Positions 12,901 to 24,900 of a DNA stretch of 64,000 bases are shown here, one piece after another. How positions within the stretch are numbered: the first letter of the stretch is position 1; every line of letters starts with the position of its first letter. The notes below the pieces were generated by a model that saw only the letters and a list, made by a program, of their open reading frames with translations, had not been told where the DNA came from and did no database searches. Source of the stretch: Tubiluchus corallicola (lineage: Eukaryota; Animalia; Priapulida); assembly GCA_030141605.1 (NCBI GenBank), contig JAQGDQ010000239.1, positions 62,001-126,000 of the forward strand, in the 5' to 3' direction. The translations under genes were made by a program, and so were the position numbers.

Positions 12901-15568
12901 GTGCAACATCTTTTCAGAAAAAAATTGATTAACTATGGTGACAGAATGCAAATATGCAGGTTAAACATTTTTACCTGCTAGATTTTAAGTGTTGAAGCTA
13001 TTTTATTGTTAATCATAGAAGTACATATACTTAGTTTTGCATGTACTTGCGAACCAGACTGCTAATCTTGTTTTCATATTATACAGTTTTTTAATGTTTG
13101 GACTGTCGTGTTTGCAGGGTGTGGCGCGAGGCTCGGGATCGAATTGTTGGCTTCCCTGGGCGGTTCCATGCTTGGGATTCTCAGGAGAAAAATTGGCGGT
13201 ATAAGTCTGACTATTCTTGTGAGCTATCAATGGTGCTAACTGGTGCTGCCTTCTTTCATAAGGTATCATTACTTTTCTTACATTTATTTGCTTTAATTTG
13301 TGTAAGACAAGGATAACAAATGGAACACCATTAATTACTGAGCTTCTCACTGTATCTGGTCTTTCATGACTAACATGGCACGTTAGTCCTCACTTATCTT
13401 TGAAATCCTGACCTTTTCTGTCTTTGATCAACAGTTATTTTACTATTTGCCAAATACATTGTGAAACTACTCTTAGGGTATAGCACATGAGCATTCTCAT
13501 GTTGAAATTCAATGTAAACATTAATTTTGGCATCAGTTTTATATTGGATAATTACATAGGATGAGGAAATAAGCCTTTTATGTAACAAACCAGTGGGGCT
13601 GGGCTATTTTAACGTCGAGAGACACATGTTTGGGTAGCAACAATCGATCGTTTTATCATCCCAGGATCCTGCTCAAACAGAATGCAGAGAGATCAGATTT
13701 AAACATAGCTACCCTTCCTGTTATGCTGAGTGTAAGAAAAAGAAAACTCTGATTTAAAAAATTAATGAAAAAGACAATTTCGTTAAAACAAAATGTAGAA
13801 GACAGTAGGTTTAATGTTAATTACTGCTGAAGGCTTCTTCATTTTCACATTTTCAAAAAGCCAGCAGTTTTGAGAAGCCAGCCAAGCACTGATATTTTAA
13901 ACAACTGAACTTCTGGACTCTTATCTATTGTCTTTTACATAATGTTTATTGGACCGGTCAAGCAGTCACCCTGCTAGGCAGTTTGTTAGTAGCTTCTAGT
14001 CACAAGCCACAGACCTAAAACACCTGGTTTGGCACAAAATGTACATTTGCAAAGAATGTGTCTGCAAACATAGATTATCCAGCAATAATACAAAGCCACC
14101 CACATGGCAAAGTGTAAGCTACACTTTAATCTGGTCTTGTTCCTTTCTGGTCAACTGGGTCTAGTTTTCTTAGCCCAGCTGCCCAAATTGATTGCCCCAA
14201 ATTAGTCATGCTGGTCCTGTTATTCAGACTTGCCACCTAGACCCAGTTACCGTGGTTAAAATAATAGATTACTGTTAGCGACCCAAGTGGGCCTGAACAA
14301 TAATGAATCAATAATTCACAAAAATCTGTTAGACATTAAATTCTGTACAGATGTAAACATATCAAAATCAAAATCAATATCTAAAATTGGTGGAAGACAC
14401 GACATTTTGAGGCTAGTACTTATTTTGTTTTTTGTTATGTAACTGGTTCAGCAATTTGTCATAGTTTCAATTTGGGTTAACGTGGCCCAGTTACAACAGC
14501 ACTATAAGTATGACAACAGCTACTTGACTATAACCTTCATAAAAAAATTATAAATCTTGAGTGGATTAGAATGAAACTGTTTTAACATTATTGGTCATTT
14601 GTATCCATGAGAAAGTAGTAGTTGTATTTAAGTTGAAGAAATATAGTAAGACTTTTTCTATTCTACAAGCACATTTTACCGAAGTACATCGCAATTAGTG
14701 TTAAATGATTGCTTTCTTGATCTTTTACATAAATAATATGTTCACCTTTGTGTCTCATGCTCATTGGCTTGTTGACATTCTGCTCATCAGTTTTTCATTT
14801 GTTATTGTAATTCAATTTTGGATCATTTCAGTATTATTCATATGCATATAGCAACACCATGCCAGCTGCTATCAGGGACAAAGTCGATGAATACATCAAC
14901 TGTGAAGACATCGCCTTCAACTTCTTAGTAGCACATATCACAAGAAAACCTCCTATTAAGGTAAACATTTTTCTTGTAAAAATTCAATGTTTTTCAATGT
15001 TTATGACTTAATCTCGAGTAGTGTGTTGTATTTTTTTGTTTATATTTGTTGCGCATAATCTGATAGACACTTAAAAATACCAACTGCATGTTAGTAAGTA
15101 ACCAACCAACATTAAAAAACGAAAAAACCGTATGACTGTCTATTTTATGTTGCATTACATGCTTTTTAATGCTTTTGTTCTACTAACTCAGCTTGTGCAA
15201 AAGTGATAGAGATACCTTACCTGATAGACACTTCAACTGTGCTGTGCAGGTAAACCTGAAACCTGAGGGAGCATTGCTTTAATTTGTGTGGCATTGTCTT
15301 TCATGTATCGTTATTGAAATTGCTAATATTTATTAGTGCCTTGTATTTTTCTTTTCAGGTAACATCTCGTTGGACGTTTCACTGCCCCGGATGTCCTGTT
15401 ACGCTATACCTGGAGGATTCACATTTTGATGAGCGCCACGAGTGCATAAACTTCTTTGTTAAGGTCTACGGGTACAATCCATTGCTTTACACCCAGTTCC
15501 GCACCGATTCTGTACTTTTCAAAACACGAATACCACATGATAAGCAGAAATGCTTCAAATATGTATAG
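6940..15568 (+). CDS. EXTL3: Exostosin-like glycosyltransferase 3 (EXTL3 / brother of tout-velu), 7 coding exons, about 922 aa
   Basis: Exons 6940-8839, 9987-10088, 11705-11859, 12120-12247, 13118-13262, 14832-14960, 15359-15568; all GT-AG, phases consistent, total 2769 nt. N-terminal TM segment ([19 protein letters not shown]), coiled coil, exostosin GT47 domain ([26 protein letters not shown]) and GT64 domain ([60 protein letters not shown], ending [15 protein letters not shown]). Confidence 0.97.
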
Positions 15569-15746
15569 ACTGCTTTTATGAGGAAAACATACTCTGATCC
15601 AGTTCGTAACTAGAGCTTGTAGCATCAGGGGAGGCCCCTTGAATTTGATGCCCTAATGAAAATCTTTATGTAGTAAGATTTTATATTCGTAAAATTTAAC
15701 AGTGTTGCCTCGCATTTGCGAGGTAAAATGATAAAATAAAGTTCTA

Positions 15747-16469
15747 CACCAAAATCTCAATTATCGGGACAGTCTGGTTTTGACAAAGTAGAAAAGTTCA
15801 GATAATCGAGAAAGTCCTGATAATCGGACTTGTGTAATTTTTGGTAATCAGAGACTTGCCATATCAAATTATCAACAACGGCTTGGCATATCGCTAATTA
15901 ACCTTGAATCTCAAACTGGTTGAAAGCCACTCTAGTGGCTTCATTAGCCAAAAGCTTTTTATTTAGTTTTTAATCTGCTGTTACCATTGGCGGCATTTTC
16001 AAAGTGCAGTCGTGTTGCATTTAAATCGAAAGAGTTTGAATGTCTGGCTTCATGTACAACAAACTCTCGTTGTGTTGATTGATCTAATTATTGATCAAAA
16101 TTAAATCAGTCTTTCAGTTTTAGAAACTATTCCTTTTTTGCAGTGGCTACCCACCAAGTCGCGGACCAGATTGCTGTATAAGCTCTGCAAATCTCCGCAT
16201 GGCATTATTCACACTAGTGTAATTAATGTTGCAATTGGCATGCAAATTTCATAATTTTAGTTACTCTTCCTTCAGAAAAGCTAGAAATTTTTTCTACAAA
16301 ACAATATAAACTAGAGAAGTGAACATGTGCATAAAACTTCAATACTTTGTGTTAGCTATAAATTGCAGTTTTTGTTATCTGTATACATGTGTGCATATAT
16401 CTGTACGTGTTGGTCCATATAATTTCGATATTGTAAATAATTGGGGTCCAGATAACCGAGGTCCTACTG
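15747..16469. mobile_element. pogo/Tc1-mariner-type MITE downstream of the EXTL3 stop codon
   Basis: TA-flanked degenerate termini TA|CACCAAAATCTCAATTATC ... GATAACCGAGGTCCTACTG|TA, with internal GATAATCG subterminal repeats. Confidence 0.6.
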
Positions 16470-18721
16470 TACTGAAAAAATTGTTTTAAAAGTTATGGTG
16501 CTCATAGTCTTCTTCGAATTTTAGTGCAGAAAAGAGGGTTATTACAAATGTATTTTACAGTTAACTTAAAATGTTTACTGTGCAGAAACTTTGAAAGCAA
16601 CGAACTATGTTACAAATATTACAATGATACTAAATTACTAATTAGCCTCTTCCTTTGTGGCAGTCGGCTGGAGGTGCTATGACTTCATGATAAATTAAAT
16701 TGTTGAGTGTTTTGCTTTTCTACCATTCTTACAGAATCAAGTGCCGTCCTTTGAAAATGCCGCCAAGGGCAGACACCCATCCAGGGCCTGGTGGCACGCA
16801 TAATGTGCTGAGATTTCATTTCATTTTTGAATAGTTTTTTTTATTCGAATTGGGTAACATTTAATCAAATGTTTTATATAAAACAATATGTTGATGTAGT
16901 TATGTTTTTATTAAATAAAATTTTGACCTCACTGTACTTTACCAAAGAGTTACACATAGCATACAACTTGCTAATTGTGCTTAACATTTTGTATATAGTA
17001 TATGCTATCCACTGGTACACATTATATAAAATATAAAGACTATTACGTCTTTAGAAGTATAGAAGTAGTTCTTGACATGCAGTTTTAATTAGAACCGAAA
17101 ATCGTGGTGTTCAAATATTGGCCCTCTGCAAAGAGCATTTAAACATCTGTGCAAGTGTTGATATTAAAGTAGATATTAAATTAGAATTATATCTTTCACT
17201 TAAAATAACATACATGTTATAAGTGCACTAATTTGCATATAAGCAATGCTATACTGTTACTATTCTTGTAGACACCCTCCCAAGTATGTTAATGTTAAAG
17301 ATGTATCATTTTGTAGTATGTATGCTAAAGTGATGGCTTTGTTTGCTTATGTGATTATTGATTAACATATATAGACCGTACAGCTTCATATATACAAACT
17401 TTTGCGCTACATTATGTACCTGTAGACTTCAGTGCATTGGTTTTATTATTTCATAGTAGACCTAAAAACAGTCATCCATGATCCACATATGTAGCACAAT
17501 TGCACACGAGTTATCTGACATTTGTTTAACATCAAATACTGTTACAGGAAAAATTTTCTATTGTTAAATTGTCATGTTATGTATTATTACGCATCCTTGC
17601 TGTCGTAATATTCCAAACTAAATATGTTCATGTAGTAGTGCAGCCTCGAATTTTTTAGGTTAAATTCGTGCGATAGTCCTGTACTGTATCACAGTAATAA
17701 TATGTTTAAACTGTAACCCATTTACAGGTGTATTATAGGCAGGAAATATTCAGTATTAATCACTATAAATGCTTTTTTATTTCGCAAGCCTATGGATACA
17801 GTGCCCTTTGCAGGCCCTCAATGTAATCAGTTCTTAACTTTGTGAAACCAGTCCTAAGCTGCCTCCAGTGGTCCCCAATTCTTAACTTTGTGTAACCAGT
17901 CAGGAGTGTAATTGTACATTATGAAACGCAAGGTTCTGGTGGTGCTTGAGTGGGACATAATTAATATTCATTCCCACAGTATGCAAAGAAGATGGCAAGG
18001 TGTGTTTTTATATTTAAAACATTTTGCATTTTTACATAATAGTTGTTGTAAATAGTTATTTTCTGTTTATTCGTGCATATTGTGGTAATTAAGTTGAGGG
18101 ACGCAATCTAATTAATAGTTAACTTCTATAATGTAATGTAATGTAAAATTATGTAATTACATTATGTAATGAAAAATATTAGGAATAATTTGTGCATTAA
18201 ATGACTACACATATTTATTATTTTCTGATTGTAAATTATATGCATTTGCTACTGTGTAGATAATTGTGTTAGAATAATATGTATTTATTCGTTAATATTT
18301 GATCATGCATGCTGGTAAAATCAGAAAATTGTCGGCAAAATAGATTCTAGGACTGTAGAATGACTGTATAACATATTTAGATGCTCTTTATGCAAAATGC
18401 ATATTTTTTGTATAATAAATGGACATTTTAGGTACATATGTACTGTGTTTGGAATTTTAATTTGCAAACTGTTTGCCAGTTGAGTACATCCTTAAAATAA
18501 GTTACTGTAAATGCTGTAAAGATACTGAAAATCAAAGCATTTAATCTACACATTTTATTGTCAGTTGCATCTAATTTTCTCTTTTTTATTCCAAAAGCCA
18601 CTCAGTGTTTATATTATACCTGCCTAAAAGAGCTATTTTTCAAAGTCTAGGTGATGATACAACCTAATCAGATATTAAAAACCCTAATTTGTAACTTGAA
18701 GTAGTATTTTGAGTCAGTTAT

Positions 18722-18818
18722 TAGATGGCGCTGCAATAGTTACTTTTAATCGCCTGCCGAATCAGAAACCCATTCACTTTCACGCTTTGTGTAAAGCGCG
18801 CAAATTTGAGCCGCCATG
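18722..18818 (+). promoter_or_regulatory. Putative Myb core promoter: CTCF-like site, E2F/CDE site plus CHR-like element, and GCCGCCATG
   Basis: Local CpG-rich patch in AT-rich DNA. TAGATGGCGCTG at 18722-18733; GCGCGCAAA at 18796-18804; TTTGAG at 18805-18810; GCCGCCATG at 18810-18818. All lie just upstream of the Myb ATG at 18901. Confidence 0.55.
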
Positions 18819-18900
18819 ATATACCAGGTTTGCTGCTTTTATCAGTGGATATGTGGAATTAAACTTCAGCATTACAACTCATTTAACCAAATCATGTAGA

Positions 18901-21900
18901 ATGGCAGATTATAATTATTTAACAAAATTTAGGTGAGACAGTTTTTATTTTAGTTCAGTTCAGAAGTAGTTTTTCTATGAATTTTCTTAGCTTTATGTAA
19001 CGCTGTTGACAGACATTGACATTCGGAAACAATAATTTCAGTATGCTCTAAATTGACAATGACATTTGCCTTGACTTTTTTAATCTCATGGCAAGTATGC
19101 ATTGAATTTGTTATTTACTACAGAGATAAAAGAGCAGTCAGTGAGTGAAACTCACCTGCAATAGTTTAAAATGTAGAAATGTAAGTATCTGTGGAAGTGC
19201 TGCATTGCCTTGCATATGCTGTGATATGAGGTCACCAACACCTTGAAAAGCATGCTGTTTTTTGCATTTTGGAGGATTTTTACTCCCTATTTTATTTCAA
19301 TCTGTCATGTATTCTTTTGAGAATCCTTTTGATTTTTGTTGCTATACATGTATATATGATACATACTTGGTAATATGTGCTCTTTTTTGTTTCATAATGT
19401 AAACGTCTTGTAAAAAACTACACACATGCATTATAGATTATGCACGGAAAATTCACTATTCGAAACTTCGAATGTTTCTTACTATTTGAATAATGAAATA
19501 CCATTCGATTATCCTATGTAAACTGTATTGACCGCATACTGAATACTACCCGCTCATTTACATAACAAAATACCTTGGCACTGAGCCAACATCATTGTCT
19601 TGATAAAAATAATCCGCTGTCTTTGGTACTGTATAATTTTCACCTTGAAGTCGGATGTACAGTATACAGCGATGTGCTCAAAGGCATATTTTCATCAACC
19701 AAACTGAAGCTTGATTATGACTATTAAACAAGTTTTGTTTTATAGACTACAGAAAAGAAAAACTGCCGGGTCGATCAGATTGTCAAGAATTGACAGCACA
19801 TCAGCTTAGAAAGGTGTTGACTTTCTGCAAGAGCTGGTAGTTGGAAAAATGAAGATTATTTACAAGCATCTCATGCTCAGTAGAGCAACGATTAGTTAAT
19901 GTTCATTGTCACTCAATCAGCTTTACAATTTGCTGCAATTGTATAGTTCAGTAGTGACAGGCAGCATTTGATGCAAACTTTTATCATATCTTACAGTAGC
20001 TTTTAGTTGTTGAATTTTGTTTTTTTTATTTCCTTGTCCATTTGTAGGTTATGTGAATCTAGCAATGGGAGCAATAATTGTCTGAGTGATTCATCAGAAT
20101 CGGATGTGCATGATCATGATTACAATGTTAAGAGTGCCAACAAAATGAAAAAGGCCATTAACAGAGGACGCTGGAGTCGAGAGGAGGTATAATAATTTCA
20201 ATGTATAAGTAGTATTTTTTTATGTAACATTTAGTAGATCATACATTCCTTTGACATTGTTTTCCCACATTCTTTTATTGTTTATTATTTGATCAGAATG
20301 ATTTGCTCAGTATGGTAACAGTTGTGGTTCTACGTAGTTTAATTTTAAATACATTTTTTTCCATTTAGGATGAGAGGTTAAAAAAGTATGTTGAGGTGCA
20401 TGGTTCATTAGATTGGAAAGTTATTGCAAACTATTTCTCCGATCGTAATGACGTTCAGTGTCAACATCGGTGGCAGAAAGTTGTCAATCCTGAGTTAATC
20501 AAGGGACCATGGACGAAAGAGGTAAGATAGAGCAAGATTTTTTAATTACTCTTAATTAATTTACTATTTTATAGCTTCAGTACTAGTTTTTGTTGATGTG
20601 TTAAAGAACTAATTGGAGTAAAATTTTTCTTTTAGGAGGACGAGCTAGTGATAAAACTGGTTAAACAATATGGGCCAAAGCGTTGGTCACTTATAGCCAA
20701 GCATCTCAATGGCAGGATAGGAAAACAGTGTCGAGAAAGGTGTGTAAGAGTAAACTCTTCATGTTCATTAAAGCATAAACACACACAGGCGACCACATAC
20801 CTATCCATATTACCATATACAGTGTACACCGCTTAATAAATCCCCCTTGGTGGAAGCTAAGTGGATTTATTAAGCGGCTGGATTTATAAATCGAAGAGGC
20901 TTATTAATAAGCGTTTACTATGTTAATACAGTACATATTATTTATTTATGAAGCCAATGAACTGCAATAATTTATCTGCGATTGTATGATTCAAGTAAGT
21001 TGCGTAAAATTTGTATTGTTTATCTGTGATGCCGATACATGTAATTTTAATGTCAGCGATGATTTGGCATTCGTTTATTTGAGTCATTAACGCTCACAAT
21101 TGTTTATCAGTTAGAATCGTACTTTAGTTTATCCTGATTACATATGCAAACCAAGTATGTAATAGACCATTATATAGCGTGCAGATAAGTTTAAAGTCAA
21201 AACATTCAGTATGATTTGTTTTAGTGAATTTTTTTCGAAGGTGTGATTGAATGTCTGTGAAGTGTCGCACGTTTCAATAGCCACTTTTCTACAGTTCACA
21301 GTGAAGTATTTCCAACGTCTGTCTCATTTCCGCATCTGATACAGTAATTTCTAGTTCGTCATCATCATCACCAATGTCTTCTTATAGAGGATCATTAGGT
21401 CGAAAAAATACAAATATGTAAAACGTACTTAGAGCAAAGATGCTAATCTAGCTCAAGTTAAAACACAGGACAGTCTTGTGGTTTTACTTCACAATTTTGT
21501 TGTCTTCACTGTGCCGAAGGTGGACTTATAAAGCGAAGTGTAGTTGAATAAACTGCGGATTTTACTGGGTTAATGTATTATACAGTTCTGCTTCAGCAAT
21601 GGTGGTCACAATAAGCAGCTGGATTTATTATACGTGGACTACTGTATCACATATGCTACAAATATTTTTTGATGGAAACACATTTTTGAAAATGTTGAAG
21701 CAAGATCAAAATTTATTTTTGAAACTAGCTACGTGCTTCTGTGCTAGTGTGTATGTTTATAATCTGTGCTCTTATTCTGTATGCAGATGTGTAGTGTTAT
21801 GTGTGACAATATGAAGTTTGCTGGTAAATGGTGAAATTATTTATAGTGCTTACATTTTATCTAGACTATCTGTATAATAGTAGAGTACTATGCAACAACA

Positions 21901-24900
21901 AAAACTGAAAAGAATTACAATTATAAGAGAAAATAAAAAGAAATAAAGCAAACTCTAAATAAACTAACGACAACTTCTTAATAAAATTCTTGTCACTTCG
22001 CTGACTTTGAATTTCAGCTTTAATTGTTCCTTTCATATAATGAATTGCGGAATAAAAGAATCTGTCTGTTTTTCATTCTTTATTAAAGCTTTTTCCACAG
22101 TGTGATGTGTGGGATAAAACTGTTTTTGGTAAAATTTTGTTGCCTTTATAACCCCTGTCTTTTCTTAGCATACTTTACCATTAACTTTATATGGTATGGT
22201 GTTCAGACAACAAATCAAGTTTTACTGTGTAATATAGTTACGTAATTCGAAAACTTACCGATTCATGTTATTTCAGATGGCATAATCATCTGAATCCTGA
22301 CATAAAGAAAACAGCATGGACGGAAGAAGAAGATAGAATTATTTACACAGCACACAAACGTCTTGGTAACCGGTGGGCAGAGATTGCTAAGCTTTTGCCG
22401 GGAAGGTGACTATTTTTCGCAAGATTTTATTGGTGTGGAGTGCATTTCGCTGATTTTACAGTTTTTAAAATTTTGAAAAGTTTTTGCTCTCATGTTAACA
22501 TTAAAAAGGTTTTGTGATTCATAATGCTTTTAAACCAGAAGTGTAATCAAGGGTGTACTTTGCATGTGACCTGTATCAAATTTGTATACTTCTTTATGCA
22601 GTTATATATTTGTTAGTGATGTGTAGTTAACTGACAATAGGTCGTAATTCGACTTAATTCACGTGACGGTTTAACCGAACTGTCTCGAAAACTAACAAAT
22701 CAGGTGAAGTTTTGAAACAGAACGTGTTTTTTATAATGCATTATGACACCTGAGCCGTCACTTATATTTACATGCCTACCCTTTCGAAGGTAAAATTAGT
22801 TGCTGAACATTTAGTATTACATGGTTTGACATTTGAAATTCACAGGAGAGTGTAAAATTGATAAATAAGAATTATAAAATGTGAGTGTAACATAATCTAC
22901 TTCATGCTCTACTACACATTCATAATCTACTGCATATAATTACAGTCGAATTCCGATAATATGAGTCGGCTTATAGCGAAACTCTCGGTAGTACAACAAT
23001 TTTCTCATGTCCCTGCTAAGCTCATAATAAAACCTATGTAATTACGTATGGTTAATACATAACTCGTTACTAAATAACCCCTGTTTGTACGATATTCTCT
23101 AAAAGTCCCACCAATATAGTTTTAGCATAAATAAACACTTTTAATACAATTTCTGCTGTTGTCTGCCCAGCCTGTGTTCTAGACACTCTTCACCTGTTGT
23201 CGCAGTAACCACAGTTGTTTTTACAATCATAATGCGTTTACAATTATATAATTACGAAATTGTCTCTTGAATATGTGCTTTTTTACTTGTGGGCTTAGTT
23301 TTCATCTTATGCAACATTTGCAGAACTGACAATGCCATAAAGAACCACTGGAATTCTACAATGCGGCGAAAGTATGAAGAAGAAGAGGCACAATTAGAAA
23401 AACAACGAAAGATGGTGCATTCTGTTTCGCAGGGGATACAACCCCCTCCTCCTTATCAACAATATCAGGTTCTCTACTGCTATGATTCCTTTTTAATTTT
23501 TCTTATCAAACAAAATACATAAGTTGGTTAAGGCTGATTATGAATACTCTAAAATAGTGGTGAAATTACTTATGTCGTAATATAGAACAGTATAGTGTTT
23601 CAAGTAATGATTTTTGAAAGCCACTCTTATTCGGAAAAACTGTATCGTTTTGCTAAATACTAACTTTATACTTTTTTGGTGAGCATTGGCATCTTTATTG
23701 TAAAAATCATTACTGATTTTTTTCTGCAAATTTCAGATCACATCGCAGCGTCCTGTGGCGAGGCAACAAGCTCAACTTGTGGCACCTCCAATTAGTACCT
23801 ATTCTAATGTTTCAACAAGTTTGTGTGCTTTTTGTTTTACATTGTCTTTTTTGAGCAGAATTCTTTGAATGTCATATTTATATTTCGGAACAAAGTCAAA
23901 CTAAATCAATGTTTTAAGGGTTAGAGAAAAATGTTTGTAAAACATCTGACTTGAACTTCTTGTCAGCAGATCTATGATTATAAAAAAATTACAAAGCTAT
24001 ATAGTAATTTGGAAATGTTGACTTTGCAGTTACTGTACATTGTTGCATAGGACTTGCAGTTGATATAAAACTACGAGCTCAGGAACTAGTCTCAAAAACA
24101 AATTTACGTTTATTTTTTCAATTTGCTATCACAAGTAATAATTTTCTGCAGTATTTTTATTAAAGGCAATTTAAATGCTGTTCTTTTCTTATGTTTATGT
24201 CTATGGCATACAAAATTAGCGGTTTTAATTCGTGCAATCTTCTTTATGTTTAGTTTGGCCACATCAGCCAGTACAGCAGACTTCCCAAGGTCAAGCTGAA
24301 ATGTTTACTTCTCAGAAATGTTGGAAAGTTAACAACGGCAACCTGATTTCACCTCTTCGGTAAGTCAAGAAGCACTGATGATTTGGTGATTTATCAGTAT
24401 TGTGATTGTTGTGACTTTATTCGGAAGCCGTTGATTCTTGGATATCTGTCTCTGATTTGAAAATGTTCTTTCAACAAAGTGTGAAATGTTAACAGTAAGG
24501 TTATTGAAATCTATGTGTGGTATTACCTGCACATAGTATTATCTACACAATTCAGTCTCACTCATCTCTATTTTGGATATGGGTATTTATATATATGAAC
24601 CCAATTCCCCATATACAACTGCCTGGTTTATTAGCATCCTTTTACCTAACTTGTTATGCTTACCCTGCAGTTTGTGATGTTCTTATAACTTTGTTGCCAA
24701 TAAATTACGTACATACATTAGGAATGTATGTCATATACATTGTATGAGCTTTTATGTGAAAGGTGGATTGTAACTGACTATGCTTGTGGTGTGTTATAAG
24801 ATGCACGCCTTATATGAATATGAAAGCATACTCCGAGGAAGATAAGAATTTTTAATACTGGCTGGGCCCCTTAAATCTGGCGCCTTTCAAAATTTGCCGT

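Noticed and set aside
13263-14831. EXTL3 intron with donor GTATCATT as a second U12 intron
   Set aside because: It lacks the CCTT/CTTT core, has an AAG exon end and phase 0, and its acceptor (CATTTCAG) is ordinary with no U12 branch motif.
17830-17901. Two 23-bp direct repeats with a 26-bp spacer (CRISPR-like look)
   Set aside because: Only two units, eukaryotic context and no cas genes; a simple local duplication.
24376-24455. Plus-strand CTGATGA...CTGA C/D-like segment in Myb intron 8
   Set aside because: Only about 16 nt from the donor, no terminal stem and no identifiable guide.
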